From the IMG/VR virus record IMGVR_UViG_3300032329_000679, positions 1 to 57,336 of that record: 57,336 nt of DNA. One strand, 5' to 3'. This DNA is from a virus. Its lineage: Duplodnaviria > Caudoviricetes. The notes under the pieces were generated by a model. It was given only the letters and a program-made list of their open reading frames with translations. It did not search any database and had not been told where the DNA came from. Positions 39,633 to 49,100 of this stretch are shown in pieces (the first letter of the stretch is position 1; each line of letters begins with the position of its first letter). The translations under genes and the position numbers were made by a program.

Positions 39633-40574
39633 ATGAAGATTAATGAATTATTGGATACATCACAGATTGAAGATTTAGATGAAAGCCTATTAGGTCTTTT
39701 AGGCACAGGAGTGGGATTAGCTGCAAGAGGTGCTGGAGCTCTTCTTAAAGGATCTAAAACTGGTAAGCAGGCATTACAGGCTGTGGGTCGTAGAGTTGCT
39801 CCTACCATGGCTGCTAGTACTGGCAAAGCAGATAGAATACTAAGAAGTGCCGGAGTCGATACTAGTACTTGGTTAAACTCTAAATGGCGTGATGTATTAG
39901 CTTGGCAGATTCAAAGAAAAGGCATGAAAGCCTTTAAGGCTGGGCAGGCAGCAGCCTATGAAAATGGTAAAATAGCCACTAATCTAGTAAGTGACTTGGG
40001 ATTATCAGCATTTGGGCTAGCCACGTTGGCATATGATTTAACCAGTTATTATCATACTAGACAGGCTCTTCAAGAAAAGTATGCCAATGATCCAGATAAA
40101 TTAGATCAGGCATTGAACGAATTAAATGTAGGCATGGTAGCCTCTGTTTTTCTTCCTAGAGTAGTAGGTACACTAGGCAAAATGACCAGTAAGGTAGTAG
40201 GCGGTATCATAGGTAAAGTAGCAGGTCCGCGTGCTGGTGCATTTACAAAGTTTTGGGGAGGCATGGTGGCCAAAGCAGGTGAAGCAAGTGCCATGGCTAT
40301 TTTCCGTAGTAATGCAGGTAAAAAATGGTTAGCTGATTCCTTGGCATTTGTGTCCACAGGTATAGGTGTTGCATCAAAGTTATTGTCAGCATTAGGTGAT
40401 TTAATCAAGGCCGCTGGCGGTGTTATTTCTGATCTTTTTAACACTTTATTTGACAATCCCAACTTAATCAGTATAGGTGTAGCTGGTAAATGGTTGCCTA
40501 GTGGCATGGGGGACAAGTTACCTTGGCAAAAAGACAAAGATAAAGAAGAACCTACTCCGGCTAAAAAGGATTAA
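39633..40574 (+). CDS. Ala/Gly-rich hydrophobic late protein, possible internal head or ejection protein
   Basis: Late promoter, N-terminal MKINELL...LDE, amphipathic and hydrophobic segments. Confidence 0.55.
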   Translation: MKINELLDTSQIEDLDESLLGLLGTGVGLAARGAGALLKGSKTGKQALQAVGRRVAPTMAASTGKADRILRSAGVDTSTWLNSKWRDVLAWQIQRKGMKAFKAGQAAAYENGKIATNLVSDLGLSAFGLATLAYDLTSYYHTRQALQEKYANDPDKLDQALNELNVGMVASVFLPRVVGTLGKMTSKVVGGIIGKVAGPRAGAFTKFWGGMVAKAGEASAMAIFRSNAGKKWLADSLAFVSTGIGVASKLLSALGDLIKAAGGVISDLFNTLFDNPNLISIGVAGKWLPSGMGDKLPWQKDKDKEEPTPAKKD

Positions 40575-40786
40575 AGCAAGGGCATTCCGCTATTTTTAGT
40601 CATCTCAATATTGTCTTTGATAATTTCGTTTATGATTTTTCTATCTTCGTAACCGTAAACATGGAATAGTTCTTGACTGGTTACGCCGCCTCTCATATAC
40701 CAGCATATACGAAAAATTTCGTCCTTGATAGATTTTGCTGTGTTGTCGTAATTTACAATTAGATCTATAATGTCAGAATCCGACAT
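40571..40786 (-). CDS. small baseplate hub assembly protein (gp51-like)
   Basis: 71 aa with ICWYMRGG..; directly downstream of the gp26-like gene. Confidence 0.5.
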   Translation of the reverse strand: MSDSDIIDLIVNYDNTAKSIKDEIFRICWYMRGGVTSQELFHVYGYEDRKIINEIIKDNIEMTKNSGMPLL

Positions 40787-40791
40787 ATAGG

Positions 40792-41643
40792 TTATTTTTT
40801 TCCGAAAAAATTTGATGGATCCAATGTTACAGAAAGATCTGTTTCGTGTTGACAGTTATCACAGGTCACGTGTTGTTTGGGCAAATCCCAGATTTCTTTA
40901 TTTTTTTCTAATTTCTTTTTGATTTCTTGGAAAAAATGTCTTTCGGTATTTTGTAACCACTCGCTGATGAACTCCATATCTTCTACAACTTCGTTGCCTA
41001 CTCTAACACTTTCGATACTGCTGATAAAAAGTTTTACTTGTATTTCACTAATGGTTCGATAGATTTCAGCCTGCATACTTTTTATTTTTTCTGGACCATT
41101 TTCTTCTTCTGCAAGATCACTTTTGTTTAATTGAAACAACATTTTTTGCAATTTAAAATTTTCTATATTAAAGTCTGTGACTTCTTTATAGGTTAACGGT
41201 CTTAAATTAATAGTTAGATCATCTATGGTAATTTTTCCATCATAAGTTTGACTATTAAAATAGTCTAACATTTTAGTAAGATCTATTTGATAGTCATTTT
41301 CGTGATCACATTCTGAGCAAGTGTGACTGATATCCAGTCCTTCTCCATAAGTGGCGATTCTTATGCCGATCAATAATGTATCGATGTCAATACTGGGAAT
41401 TTCATTGCCTGATTTAATATATGGACAGCAGCTTTCTATTACTTTGGTAGTGCTTTCACCGTTCATTAAGGCATCGGGAGTTTTAAAAATAATTTCATCC
41501 ATACCAGTCATGCTGAAGATAGGCACATTATTATAATCTCCCTGTAATGAATTATTCTTGTAAAAAAGACCTTTACTGGGAAGACTAATGTAAATTTTCG
41601 GTTGGCGAAAATATTTCTGTAATGGATTACCTTGAATTGACAT
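40792..41643 (-). CDS. baseplate hub assembly protein (gp26-like)
   Basis: LPSKG.FY, D.D.LLI.IRIATYG and two CxxC pairs (CSEC, CDNC). Confidence 0.7.
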   Translation of the reverse strand: MSIQGNPLQKYFRQPKIYISLPSKGLFYKNNSLQGDYNNVPIFSMTGMDEIIFKTPDALMNGESTTKVIESCCPYIKSGNEIPSIDIDTLLIGIRIATYGEGLDISHTCSECDHENDYQIDLTKMLDYFNSQTYDGKITIDDLTINLRPLTYKEVTDFNIENFKLQKMLFQLNKSDLAEEENGPEKIKSMQAEIYRTISEIQVKLFISSIESVRVGNEVVEDMEFISEWLQNTERHFFQEIKKKLEKNKEIWDLPKQHVTCDNCQHETDLSVTLDPSNFFGKK

Positions 41644-41652
41644 AGTTACTCC

Positions 41653-41677
41653 GATAAATATAACTATGGTATTTATA
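41653..41677. promoter_or_regulatory. pair of opposed late promoters: GATAAATA (+, 41653-41660) and TATAAATA (-, 41670-41677)
   Basis: Both lie in the 58-nt gap between the divergent gp26-like and tape-measure genes. Confidence 0.7.
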
Positions 41678-41701
41678 TACGCATTTTACCGGTAAAAAAA
41701 A

Positions 41702-44700
41702 ATGGCAAAAGATGATGGTGTTGGTAAAAAAGTAGTTGATGCAACTAAAGATGCAGCAAAAGGGCTAGAAGGGTTTGCTAAACAAGCCGGAAGAGCCGAT
41801 AAAGCTTTAGATTCTTACACTGGATCAGTTGAAGCAGCAGCAGCAGGTGCAGTTGATTTATTAACAACACCTTGGAGGAAGATGGCTCAACTCATAGGCA
41901 CCAATACGGAAGCCTTTGAGCAGTTAAACAAAACTGGTATGAGTTTTGGTAACAGCATGAACAACATACGCATGAGTGCAGCAGATATGCGTATGGGACT
42001 CGATGAGTTTACTAGGTTCATGGGAGAGAATCAAAAAAGTTTTGCCAGTCTTGGCGGTACTGTAGGTAAAGGTGCTCAGAATTTTGCTGAGATGAGCAAG
42101 CTCATGCAGGCCAACAGTGAAAAATTAACTCAAATGGGTTATGGCTATGAGGAATTAAATCAAATATTGGCCATTCAAGTTGGTGCCAGTAAGGCCAAAA
42201 TAGAAGGCGATGAAGCCGCTAGAAACAGACAAATTGCCGGCGCAATAAAACTAGCCGAAGAAATGGACGGGTTAGCCAAGCTCACTGGTGTTAGTAGAAA
42301 AGAACAAGAAGAAACAAGAAAAGCTCTTCAAAAGGACATGGCATTTGAAGCTGCCATGCGTCAAGAAACACGCAACATGACCAAGGAGGATGCTGAAAAA
42401 TATAGAGCAGCCATGATGGATCTTGTAGCGACAACAGAAGCTACTCAAGGTGCTGCTGCCGGTGCTGCTATTAAAGAATCGATAATAACCGGAGGTAGTT
42501 TACAAAGTGGTGAAGCCATGGCTCATGCTTCTTTGAATAATGAAGCATATCAAAAATCCATGGAAGCTAGGGAAAAAATCAAGCAAGGTGATTATGAAGG
42601 AGCCAAACGATCCAAAGAATCATCGGATGCTGCTGCAATAACTTCACAAAATAGTGACGCAAATCTCAGTGTGGCAAGGTATGTGGGAGGCACTGCTGGT
42701 AATGTGGCCAAGGGCACAATGGCTGCTACTCAAACACAATTTGAAGGTTTGAAATCTTTAGAGGACTCTTTATCAAGACAAGGTAAAACTATATCAGATG
42801 TTAATGAGTTAATGGGCCGACAGAAGGCTGCGATTAAGCAAGAACAAGAAGCTAGGGATGGCGTAACAGCAGCCATGATAACCACAAAGAATAGACTAGC
42901 TGATGCAACTGCTGCTACTACTAGGGTAGTAGGCGAAACCATGGGCAAAGGGTCTAAGATGGAACAGGACATGCTTAAGGTTTCCGACAAGAATAGTGCA
43001 TCTAAGCGAGACGAGTACGCTAATAATTTTAGGAATAGTGGTGTTAAAGGTGCTGTGCAATTAGGTGCAGATCTTGCAGGTACAGCAGTTGTAGGATTAG
43101 ATAAGTTAGCTGACGAAGCCGTTAAATTAGCCGGCGAATTGAAAAAATGGTATGATCAGGTTAAACAACAAAATAATGAAAGAACTCCGACAAGAACCCC
43201 TGGATCTAGAGATGGGGGCACATTAGAAAAAACAGGTAGTCCTATAGAACCCATGGATGCACTTGTTAAAATTCACAAAGGAGAAACAGTATTAAGTCCA
43301 GAATCTACTAAAAACATGGCCAAACAATTGTCAGAGGGCAGAGAAGGAATGACACAGTCGGGTAGAGAAGGAATGACACAAATGTCACCAGCATCAATTT
43401 CTAAGATGCTTGGCCAACCAGGTGGTGCTGCAACTAAATCAGTGGGCGGTGCTATGCCTGGAATTGACATTAATAAAATACTCACAGACATTAAGACCAC
43501 AGTCAGTAAGGTAGAAATCAGTAACTGGCCCAAGGAACTTAAAGACATTGGCAAAGCAGCCCCAGTTCAGACACAGCCCGCAGCACCTGCACCTAAGCCC
43601 GCAGAAGTAAAAAAAGAGGAGCCTAAACCAGCGCCTAAGGCAGCTGAAGCAAAGCCAGCAGAGAAGCCAGCAGAGAAGCCACCTGAAGCCAAGCCAGCAG
43701 AAAAGCCACCTGAGGCTAAGCCAGCAGAAAAGCCACCTGGGGCTAAGCCAGCAGAAAAGCCACCTGAGGCTAAGCCAGCAGAAGTTAAATCTCCTAATAC
43801 TTCAGAGTCTTATAAAATCAATGGCAAGGAAGTTGGCAAGGAAGACTTTGACAAGCATATGGAAGCTAATCCAGCCTTGGCTAAACTAATGGACAGTGCC
43901 AAAGCTAATTTAGCTAAAGTTAGTAGTGATGCAGGCAGTGTAGGTGGTATGACACCCAGTGTTGGTGGTAGTGGAGATCCAGTAGCAGAGGCAGCCGCTT
44001 CAATGGAACGTATGAAAGCCCAGCAGGCACAATTTAACAAGGATGTTGAAGACGCAGAATTAGAAAGATTAATAGCTCAACAAGCTAATTTGAAAAAAAC
44101 TCAAGATGTTGTCAATGAAGAATTAGGTGTCAAACAACAAGCCAATGAAAAAGAGTTAGATTTCACCAATAGTTTTGTGTTAACAACTGCGGGGTTGAAT
44201 AATCGTCAACGAGAGATGCACGGTGAATTAGCCAAGTTGACCTTAGAGGATAGTAAAGAAAAATTAGAGGCAAATAAAAAACAACAAGAAGCAACATTAG
44301 CTGAAATGAGGGCCATAGATTCCAAAGCCAATGCCATAGAAGCAACAGCTAAAAAAGAAGGTCGTGCTCTGACAGAAAGCGAAGAAGCACAGGTTAAGGC
44401 ATTGGATGAAGAAGCTAGTGCAAAGAGTAAAGCCAGGCAAAAAGAAAATGCTCGTATGGCAGATGAGAATAAGGTATTAGAAAGATTAATTCGAGATAAA
44501 ACAATGGCCGAAAAGGCTGGCATGGAAACATCCATAGCCGAGAATGGCAAAATAGTCAAAGTAATGGAGCAAAATTCCAAGAAAATTGCCGAGGATATTA
44601 AAGAGGCCTTGCCAGTTAAGGATGTAAGTGCATCGTCAGAACAAGTAGGTGATGTATATCAGAAACACGGTGAATCTGTTTTAGGATTTGCCAAATTGTA

Positions 44701-45838
44701 TACAGATGAACAAATGGCCACTTATAAAGAAGGTGCAGAAACTTCTTTAAAACAAAACAAAGAACAACTAGAAGAAAATAATGTAGAACTAGCAGGGTTA
44801 CGTACTAAGGCAATGGAAAGCGAATTGTCCACTGCTGAACAACAAAAAATAAAACGTCTTGAAACTGAAAACGCTCTTTTAGAAAGTGGTATCAAATATA
44901 ACGAAGCAGAAATTGAAGCTTATAAAAAAGTTGAAAATGAAAAGAAAGGCATTGTTACAGAATCAACGGCCAAAATAGCAGAGACTATATCAGAAGCATT
45001 GCCCGTTAAGGACATTGAAAAAGGTAAAGAGTTATTAGAGGAAAGAATTAAGTTACAAAACGAAGCTGAAGAAAAGGCTGCCTTGGCTGATGAAGAGGAA
45101 ATAGCAAGGATTGAAGTTGCAGCACAGGCCAAGTTTGCTGCTGATGAGGAAGCAGCCATAGCTCAAGCCGATCTCGCTTCTTTATTGCCTAAAACTATAG
45201 ATTTAGAAAAAGAACGAATCGATTTACAGAACAAGGCAGAACAGGATGCTATGGCCTATGAAGAGGAGGAAATAGCGAGGATTGATGCTGAAGCACAGGC
45301 CAAGTTTGCTGCTGATGAAGAAGCAGCCATAGCTCAAGCTGATCTTGCGTCCCTAATACCTAAACCTATAGATTTAGAAAAAATGGGCGGGGATATGTTG
45401 GCAAATATGGTTCCTGATAAAAAGTATAGTGATCAAGACTCTGCATCAAGAACCACAGCTGATATAAATCAGCCATCTATAAACAAGGCCAAGTCTACCA
45501 AGTTCAGTGACATCAGTGTGGATGCTAGCGGAATGCCGGTGATTAGAAGTAAAGCTGAAAGCCTTAAAAAAGAAGAACCTAAAAAAGAACCAAGTCCTGG
45601 GAAGAAAATTAATCCAGAAACTGGAGAAGAATATACGCCAGTTGATGAATCAAAGCCGTCAAAATCCACTAAGGAAGGCGCTAAAGAGCAGAAATCAAAT
45701 CTAGATGACGTAGTAAAGAAACTAGAGTTGTTAAATACTACAATGAATAATCTTATAAAGAAAACTGAAGAAGCAGCAGCCAATCAAGTTAAGGCTACAA
45801 AAGGCATTGCCAGTGGTAACTTATTTGGGGCAAGATAA
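41702..45838 (+). CDS. tape measure-like protein
   Basis: 1378-aa Ala/Lys/Glu/Met-rich helical protein with a HKGETVL motif; adjacent to hub assembly genes. Confidence 0.65.
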   Translation: MAKDDGVGKKVVDATKDAAKGLEGFAKQAGRADKALDSYTGSVEAAAAGAVDLLTTPWRKMAQLIGTNTEAFEQLNKTGMSFGNSMNNIRMSAADMRMGLDEFTRFMGENQKSFASLGGTVGKGAQNFAEMSKLMQANSEKLTQMGYGYEELNQILAIQVGASKAKIEGDEAARNRQIAGAIKLAEEMDGLAKLTGVSRKEQEETRKALQKDMAFEAAMRQETRNMTKEDAEKYRAAMMDLVATTEATQGAAAGAAIKESIITGGSLQSGEAMAHASLNNEAYQKSMEAREKIKQGDYEGAKRSKESSDAAAITSQNSDANLSVARYVGGTAGNVAKGTMAATQTQFEGLKSLEDSLSRQGKTISDVNELMGRQKAAIKQEQEARDGVTAAMITTKNRLADATAATTRVVGETMGKGSKMEQDMLKVSDKNSASKRDEYANNFRNSGVKGAVQLGADLAGTAVVGLDKLADEAVKLAGELKKWYDQVKQQNNERTPTRTPGSRDGGTLEKTGSPIEPMDALVKIHKGETVLSPESTKNMAKQLSEGREGMTQSGREGMTQMSPASISKMLGQPGGAATKSVGGAMPGIDINKILTDIKTTVSKVEISNWPKELKDIGKAAPVQTQPAAPAPKPAEVKKEEPKPAPKAAEAKPAEKPAEKPPEAKPAEKPPEAKPAEKPPGAKPAEKPPEAKPAEVKSPNTSESYKINGKEVGKEDFDKHMEANPALAKLMDSAKANLAKVSSDAGSVGGMTPSVGGSGDPVAEAAASMERMKAQQAQFNKDVEDAELERLIAQQANLKKTQDVVNEELGVKQQANEKELDFTNSFVLTTAGLNNRQREMHGELAKLTLEDSKEKLEANKKQQEATLAEMRAIDSKANAIEATAKKEGRALTESEEAQVKALDEEASAKSKARQKENARMADENKVLERLIRDKTMAEKAGMETSIAENGKIVKVMEQNSKKIAEDIKEALPVKDVSASSEQVGDVYQKHGESVLGFAKLYTDEQMATYKEGAETSLKQNKEQLEENNVELAGLRTKAMESELSTAEQQKIKRLETENALLESGIKYNEAEIEAYKKVENEKKGIVTESTAKIAETISEALPVKDIEKGKELLEERIKLQNEAEEKAALADEEEIARIEVAAQAKFAADEEAAIAQADLASLLPKTIDLEKERIDLQNKAEQDAMAYEEEEIARIDAEAQAKFAADEEAAIAQADLASLIPKPIDLEKMGGDMLANMVPDKKYSDQDSASRTTADINQPSINKAKSTKFSDISVDASGMPVIRSKAESLKKEEPKKEPSPGKKINPETGEEYTPVDESKPSKSTKEGAKEQKSNLDDVVKKLELLNTTMNNLIKKTEEAAANQVKATKGIASGNLFGAR
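43646..43783 (+). repeat. 27-nt tandem repeat encoding (K)PAEKPPEA, about 4-5 copies
   Basis: AAGCCAGCAGAAAAGCCACCTGAGGCT units read directly. Confidence 0.9.
45041..45381 (+). repeat. 171-nt (57 aa) tandem duplication in the tape measure gene
   Basis: EEEIARI...AQAKFAADEEAAIAQADLASL.PK.IDLEK occurs twice; GCACAGGCCAAGTTTGCTGCTGATGA at 45122 and 45293. Confidence 0.9.
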
Positions 45839-47565
45839 TGAGTTGGCGTAGATATTTTAGTCCCGTTTCAGTTAATAACCAGACTGGCACTAGTAGCCCT
45901 ATGAGCAATAACGGCAGCAAGGCTGGTCCGGCTCGTAGCAATTATAGTAGTTACTTGCCAGACATTTATGTAGGCAGTCCTAATAGAATAGAACGTTACA
46001 TGCAGTATGACACAATGGACATGGATCCTGAAGTCAATGCTGCATTAGATATTCTAGCAGAATTTTGTACACAAAAAAATAAAGAAAATAACACAACCTT
46101 TCATCTTAGTTTTAAGGACAAAGCTACTAATACTGAAATCCGTGTATTAAGAGAATATCTTCAACAATGGTTTAAGTTACAACAGTTTGATACACGATTT
46201 TTTCGTATGGTGCGTAATACTTTCAAGTATGGTGATGCATTTTTTATTAGAGATCCAGAAACACAAAAATGGTTTTATGTAGATCCTAGCAAATTAGTCA
46301 AAGTTATTGTTAATGAAAGTGAAGGCAAAAAGCCTGAACAGTATGTGGTCCGTGATTTGGCACCTAATTTTCAAAATTTAGTAGCCACTCAAATACAGAC
46401 TAGTCCTAATCAAACTAATAATAGAGGTAGTAATTATGTGGCTGGCGGCGGTCAAGCTAGAGGAGCAACAGGTGCGTACCCTACACAATATGGAGATAGA
46501 TTCCATATTGGTGAAAATGAAATGGCCATTGATGCTGCCCATGTAATACATTTAAGTTTGAGCGAAGGGTTAGATAATAATTATCCATTCGGCAATAGTT
46601 TATTAGAACAAGTGTTTAAAGTATACAAACAAAAAGAACTATTAGAAGATGCTATTCTAATCTATCGTATACAACGTGCTCCAGAGCGTAGAATATTTTA
46701 CATTGATGTAGGCAACATGCCCAGTCACATGGCTATGAGTTTTGTGGAACGTGTTAAGAATGAAATACATCAGCGTCGCATTCCTAGTCAAAGTGGGGGC
46801 GGAATGAATGTGATCGACAGTGCCTACAATCCATTAAGTATTAACGAAGATTATTTCTTCCCTCAAACTGAAGGTGGCCGAGGCAGTAAAGTTGAAACTT
46901 TACCTGGCGGTACAAACTTAGGTGAAATTGATGACCTTAAATACTTTACGAATAAACTTTTTAGAGCTCTAAGGATTCCTAGCAGTTACCTACCTACTGG
47001 TGCGGACGACAGCCAGGCGCAGTATAACGACGGAAGAGTAGGTACTGCTTATATTCAAGAGTTACGTTTCAATAATTACTGTATGAGATTGCAAAGTCTC
47101 ATATCCAGTGTGTTTGATGAGGAATTTAAGCGTTATCTACATGTTCAAGGCACTAATATTGACAGTAGTTTATTTGAAATAAGGTTCCAGCCACCACAGA
47201 ACTTTGCCAGTTATCGTCAAGCTGAAGTTGACGGGCAGAGAATCAACACATTTAATACTATACAGGCTGTGCCTTATATCAGTAAGCGTTTTGCCTTGAA
47301 GAGATTCCTAGGGCTCAGCGAAGAAGAAATGGCAGAAAACGAAAACTTATGGAAGCAAGAGAAGGGCATGAGTTCTGTAAGTGGCACCGATGCCAGCGGA
47401 GAATTACGCAGCACAGGCATTAGTGCTGCTGGCATAGACAGTGATCTAGAATTGACCAGTGATACTAGTGCTCCAGAAGATATGGCCCAGGCTGCCGGAG
47501 GTATGCCGCCAGGCGTTGATACAGGTATGGGTGCAACAGCACCAGCAGCGGCCCCTCCAGTTTAA
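45838..47565 (+). CDS. gp20: portal protein, T4 gp20-like
   Basis: LLEDAILIYRIQRAPERRIFYIDVGNMP, EDYFFP and ETLPGGTNLGEIDD motifs. Confidence 0.95.
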   Translation: MSWRRYFSPVSVNNQTGTSSPMSNNGSKAGPARSNYSSYLPDIYVGSPNRIERYMQYDTMDMDPEVNAALDILAEFCTQKNKENNTTFHLSFKDKATNTEIRVLREYLQQWFKLQQFDTRFFRMVRNTFKYGDAFFIRDPETQKWFYVDPSKLVKVIVNESEGKKPEQYVVRDLAPNFQNLVATQIQTSPNQTNNRGSNYVAGGGQARGATGAYPTQYGDRFHIGENEMAIDAAHVIHLSLSEGLDNNYPFGNSLLEQVFKVYKQKELLEDAILIYRIQRAPERRIFYIDVGNMPSHMAMSFVERVKNEIHQRRIPSQSGGGMNVIDSAYNPLSINEDYFFPQTEGGRGSKVETLPGGTNLGEIDDLKYFTNKLFRALRIPSSYLPTGADDSQAQYNDGRVGTAYIQELRFNNYCMRLQSLISSVFDEEFKRYLHVQGTNIDSSLFEIRFQPPQNFASYRQAEVDGQRINTFNTIQAVPYISKRFALKRFLGLSEEEMAENENLWKQEKGMSSVSGTDASGELRSTGISAAGIDSDLELTSDTSAPEDMAQAAGGMPPGVDTGMGATAPAAAPPV

Positions 47566-47571
47566 TAAATA
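47564..47571 (+). promoter_or_regulatory. late promoter AATAAATA overlapping the portal stop codon
   Basis: 5 nt before ATG 47577, with no SD. Confidence 0.6.
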
Positions 47572-47576
47572 GATAT

Positions 47577-47819
47577 ATGATCTTAAGAGAATTATTCTAT
47601 CTTAATCCTGAAACACAAAAGGTCAGCAACGATTTTAGATTCGATGCTGCTCGTGATGTGTCGGAATTATTGCGTAGTGACACAAGAAAAACTAGACTAA
47701 CTTTAAAACAGATAAATGATTTAAGGAAGAGCTCGGAAGCACATATTTTAGAAATGGAAGAAGACCTAACATTTGTACAAAGTATGTACGGAGCTGAACC
47801 TGCTGCACCAGCGGCTTAA
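47577..47819 (+). CDS. small conserved head-region protein
   Basis: 80 aa, MILRELF...RKTRLTLKQINDLRK; directly after portal. Confidence 0.7.
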   Translation: MILRELFYLNPETQKVSNDFRFDAARDVSELLRSDTRKTRLTLKQINDLRKSSEAHILEMEEDLTFVQSMYGAEPAAPAA

Positions 47820-47837
47820 ATTATTAAAGGATTAAAG

Positions 47838-48440
47838 ATGGATTGGAATCTCAGTTTATATGGCTTGATTAGCCAGCAGCATAGAAATTTTATACCTGTT
47901 TTTGAAAAGTTTTTTGCACAGGTAAAACCAGCAAACGTTGTAGAGGTTGGCACTGGCCAAGGCGGTACAGCATTGGCTCTTAATAATGTGTTAAAGAATT
48001 TAAATTATACATATTCATACACTACCTATGATGTGATTAATTTAGGTCAATTTCAACAATTAAGGGATGATGGCATTATTGTACGTTGTTGTAATTTGTT
48101 CAATGATGATTATAAAACCATTAAAGAAAGTAACTATGACGAAATTAAAAATGCTATTCAACGTCCAGGTACTACAGTATTAATGTGTGACGGTGGTAAT
48201 AAAATCAATGAAGTTAATTTGCTAGCAGATTTGCTCAAGCCAGGTGATTATATTATGGCCCATGATTATAGTGAAACCAAAGAGTATTTTGAAACTCATA
48301 TCAAAGCCCCCAATGAATGGCTATGGTGTGAAATTACTTTTGAAGATGTACAGGAAGCATTAGATAGAAATAATTGTGTTCCTTATATGCAAGAGGAATT
48401 TCAGTCTGTTGTTTGGATGTGCAGACGTAAACCTCTATGA
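47838..48440 (+). CDS. class I SAM-dependent methyltransferase (CmcI/Methyltransf_24-like)
   Basis: VVEVGTGQGG motif I, YDV, CDGG and LKPGDYIMAHDY. Confidence 0.7.
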   Translation: MDWNLSLYGLISQQHRNFIPVFEKFFAQVKPANVVEVGTGQGGTALALNNVLKNLNYTYSYTTYDVINLGQFQQLRDDGIIVRCCNLFNDDYKTIKESNYDEIKNAIQRPGTTVLMCDGGNKINEVNLLADLLKPGDYIMAHDYSETKEYFETHIKAPNEWLWCEITFEDVQEALDRNNCVPYMQEEFQSVVWMCRRKPL

Positions 48441-49024
48441 AAAGAAGTTTTGTGTTTGGCAATGGCCGAACACGATTGAATATAGACTTTGATGAAGTTA
48501 AGCCATACGGATCTATCTATGCCTGTAATGCTGTATATAGGGATTACAGGCCAGATTATCTTGTGGCAGTAGACACCAAGATGGTTGAAGAAATCAATCA
48601 AGCTGGTTATCAAAAGAATAGTTCAGTCTGGACAAACTATAATATAAAATATAAAAATTTTGAAAAGTTTAACTACTTTGAGCCTAATTTAGGTTGGAGT
48701 AGTGGACCCACAGCATTGAATTTAGCTACTAGCCACGACCCTCATGAGGTCTATATTTTTGGTTTTGATTATTCAGGCCTTAATGGCAAATTAAACAATG
48801 TATATGCTAATACTTTTAATTATAAAAATAGTAAAGACCCTGCAACTTACAACGGTAACTGGCTAAAACAAACAGAAACAATTATTAAAACTAACCCTAA
48901 TATAAATTATTTTAGAGTTAATGTGGAAAATTTTTACGAGACTAATTGGAAATATCCCAACTATAAAAGTGTACTTTTTAAAGATTTTAAGGATCTTATC
49001 AAAGACTGGGAAAAAATACGTTAA
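48437..49024 (+). CDS. DUF115/MAF-like, sialyltransferase-type glycosyltransferase
   Basis: FVFGNG, IYACNA, PDYLVAVD, SSGPTAL and VYIFGFDY motifs. Confidence 0.6.
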   Translation: MKRSFVFGNGRTRLNIDFDEVKPYGSIYACNAVYRDYRPDYLVAVDTKMVEEINQAGYQKNSSVWTNYNIKYKNFEKFNYFEPNLGWSSGPTALNLATSHDPHEVYIFGFDYSGLNGKLNNVYANTFNYKNSKDPATYNGNWLKQTETIIKTNPNINYFRVNVENFYETNWKYPNYKSVLFKDFKDLIKDWEKIR

Positions 49025-49059
49025 AATTACACCATTATCAACCAATTTTTACAGTTATA

Positions 49060-49067
49060 TGTAAATA
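49060..49067 (+). promoter_or_regulatory. late promoter variant TGTAAATA for the head operon
   Basis: Intergenic, upstream of an AGGAG SD and ATG 49101. Confidence 0.5.
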
Positions 49068-49100
49068 TACTTGACAGCTCATTACCTATAGGAGAACAAA

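Noticed and set aside
49071-49076. TTGACA upstream of 49101 as a sigma70 -35 box
   Set aside because: No -10 hexamer at 16-18 nt; that position falls on the SD/start region
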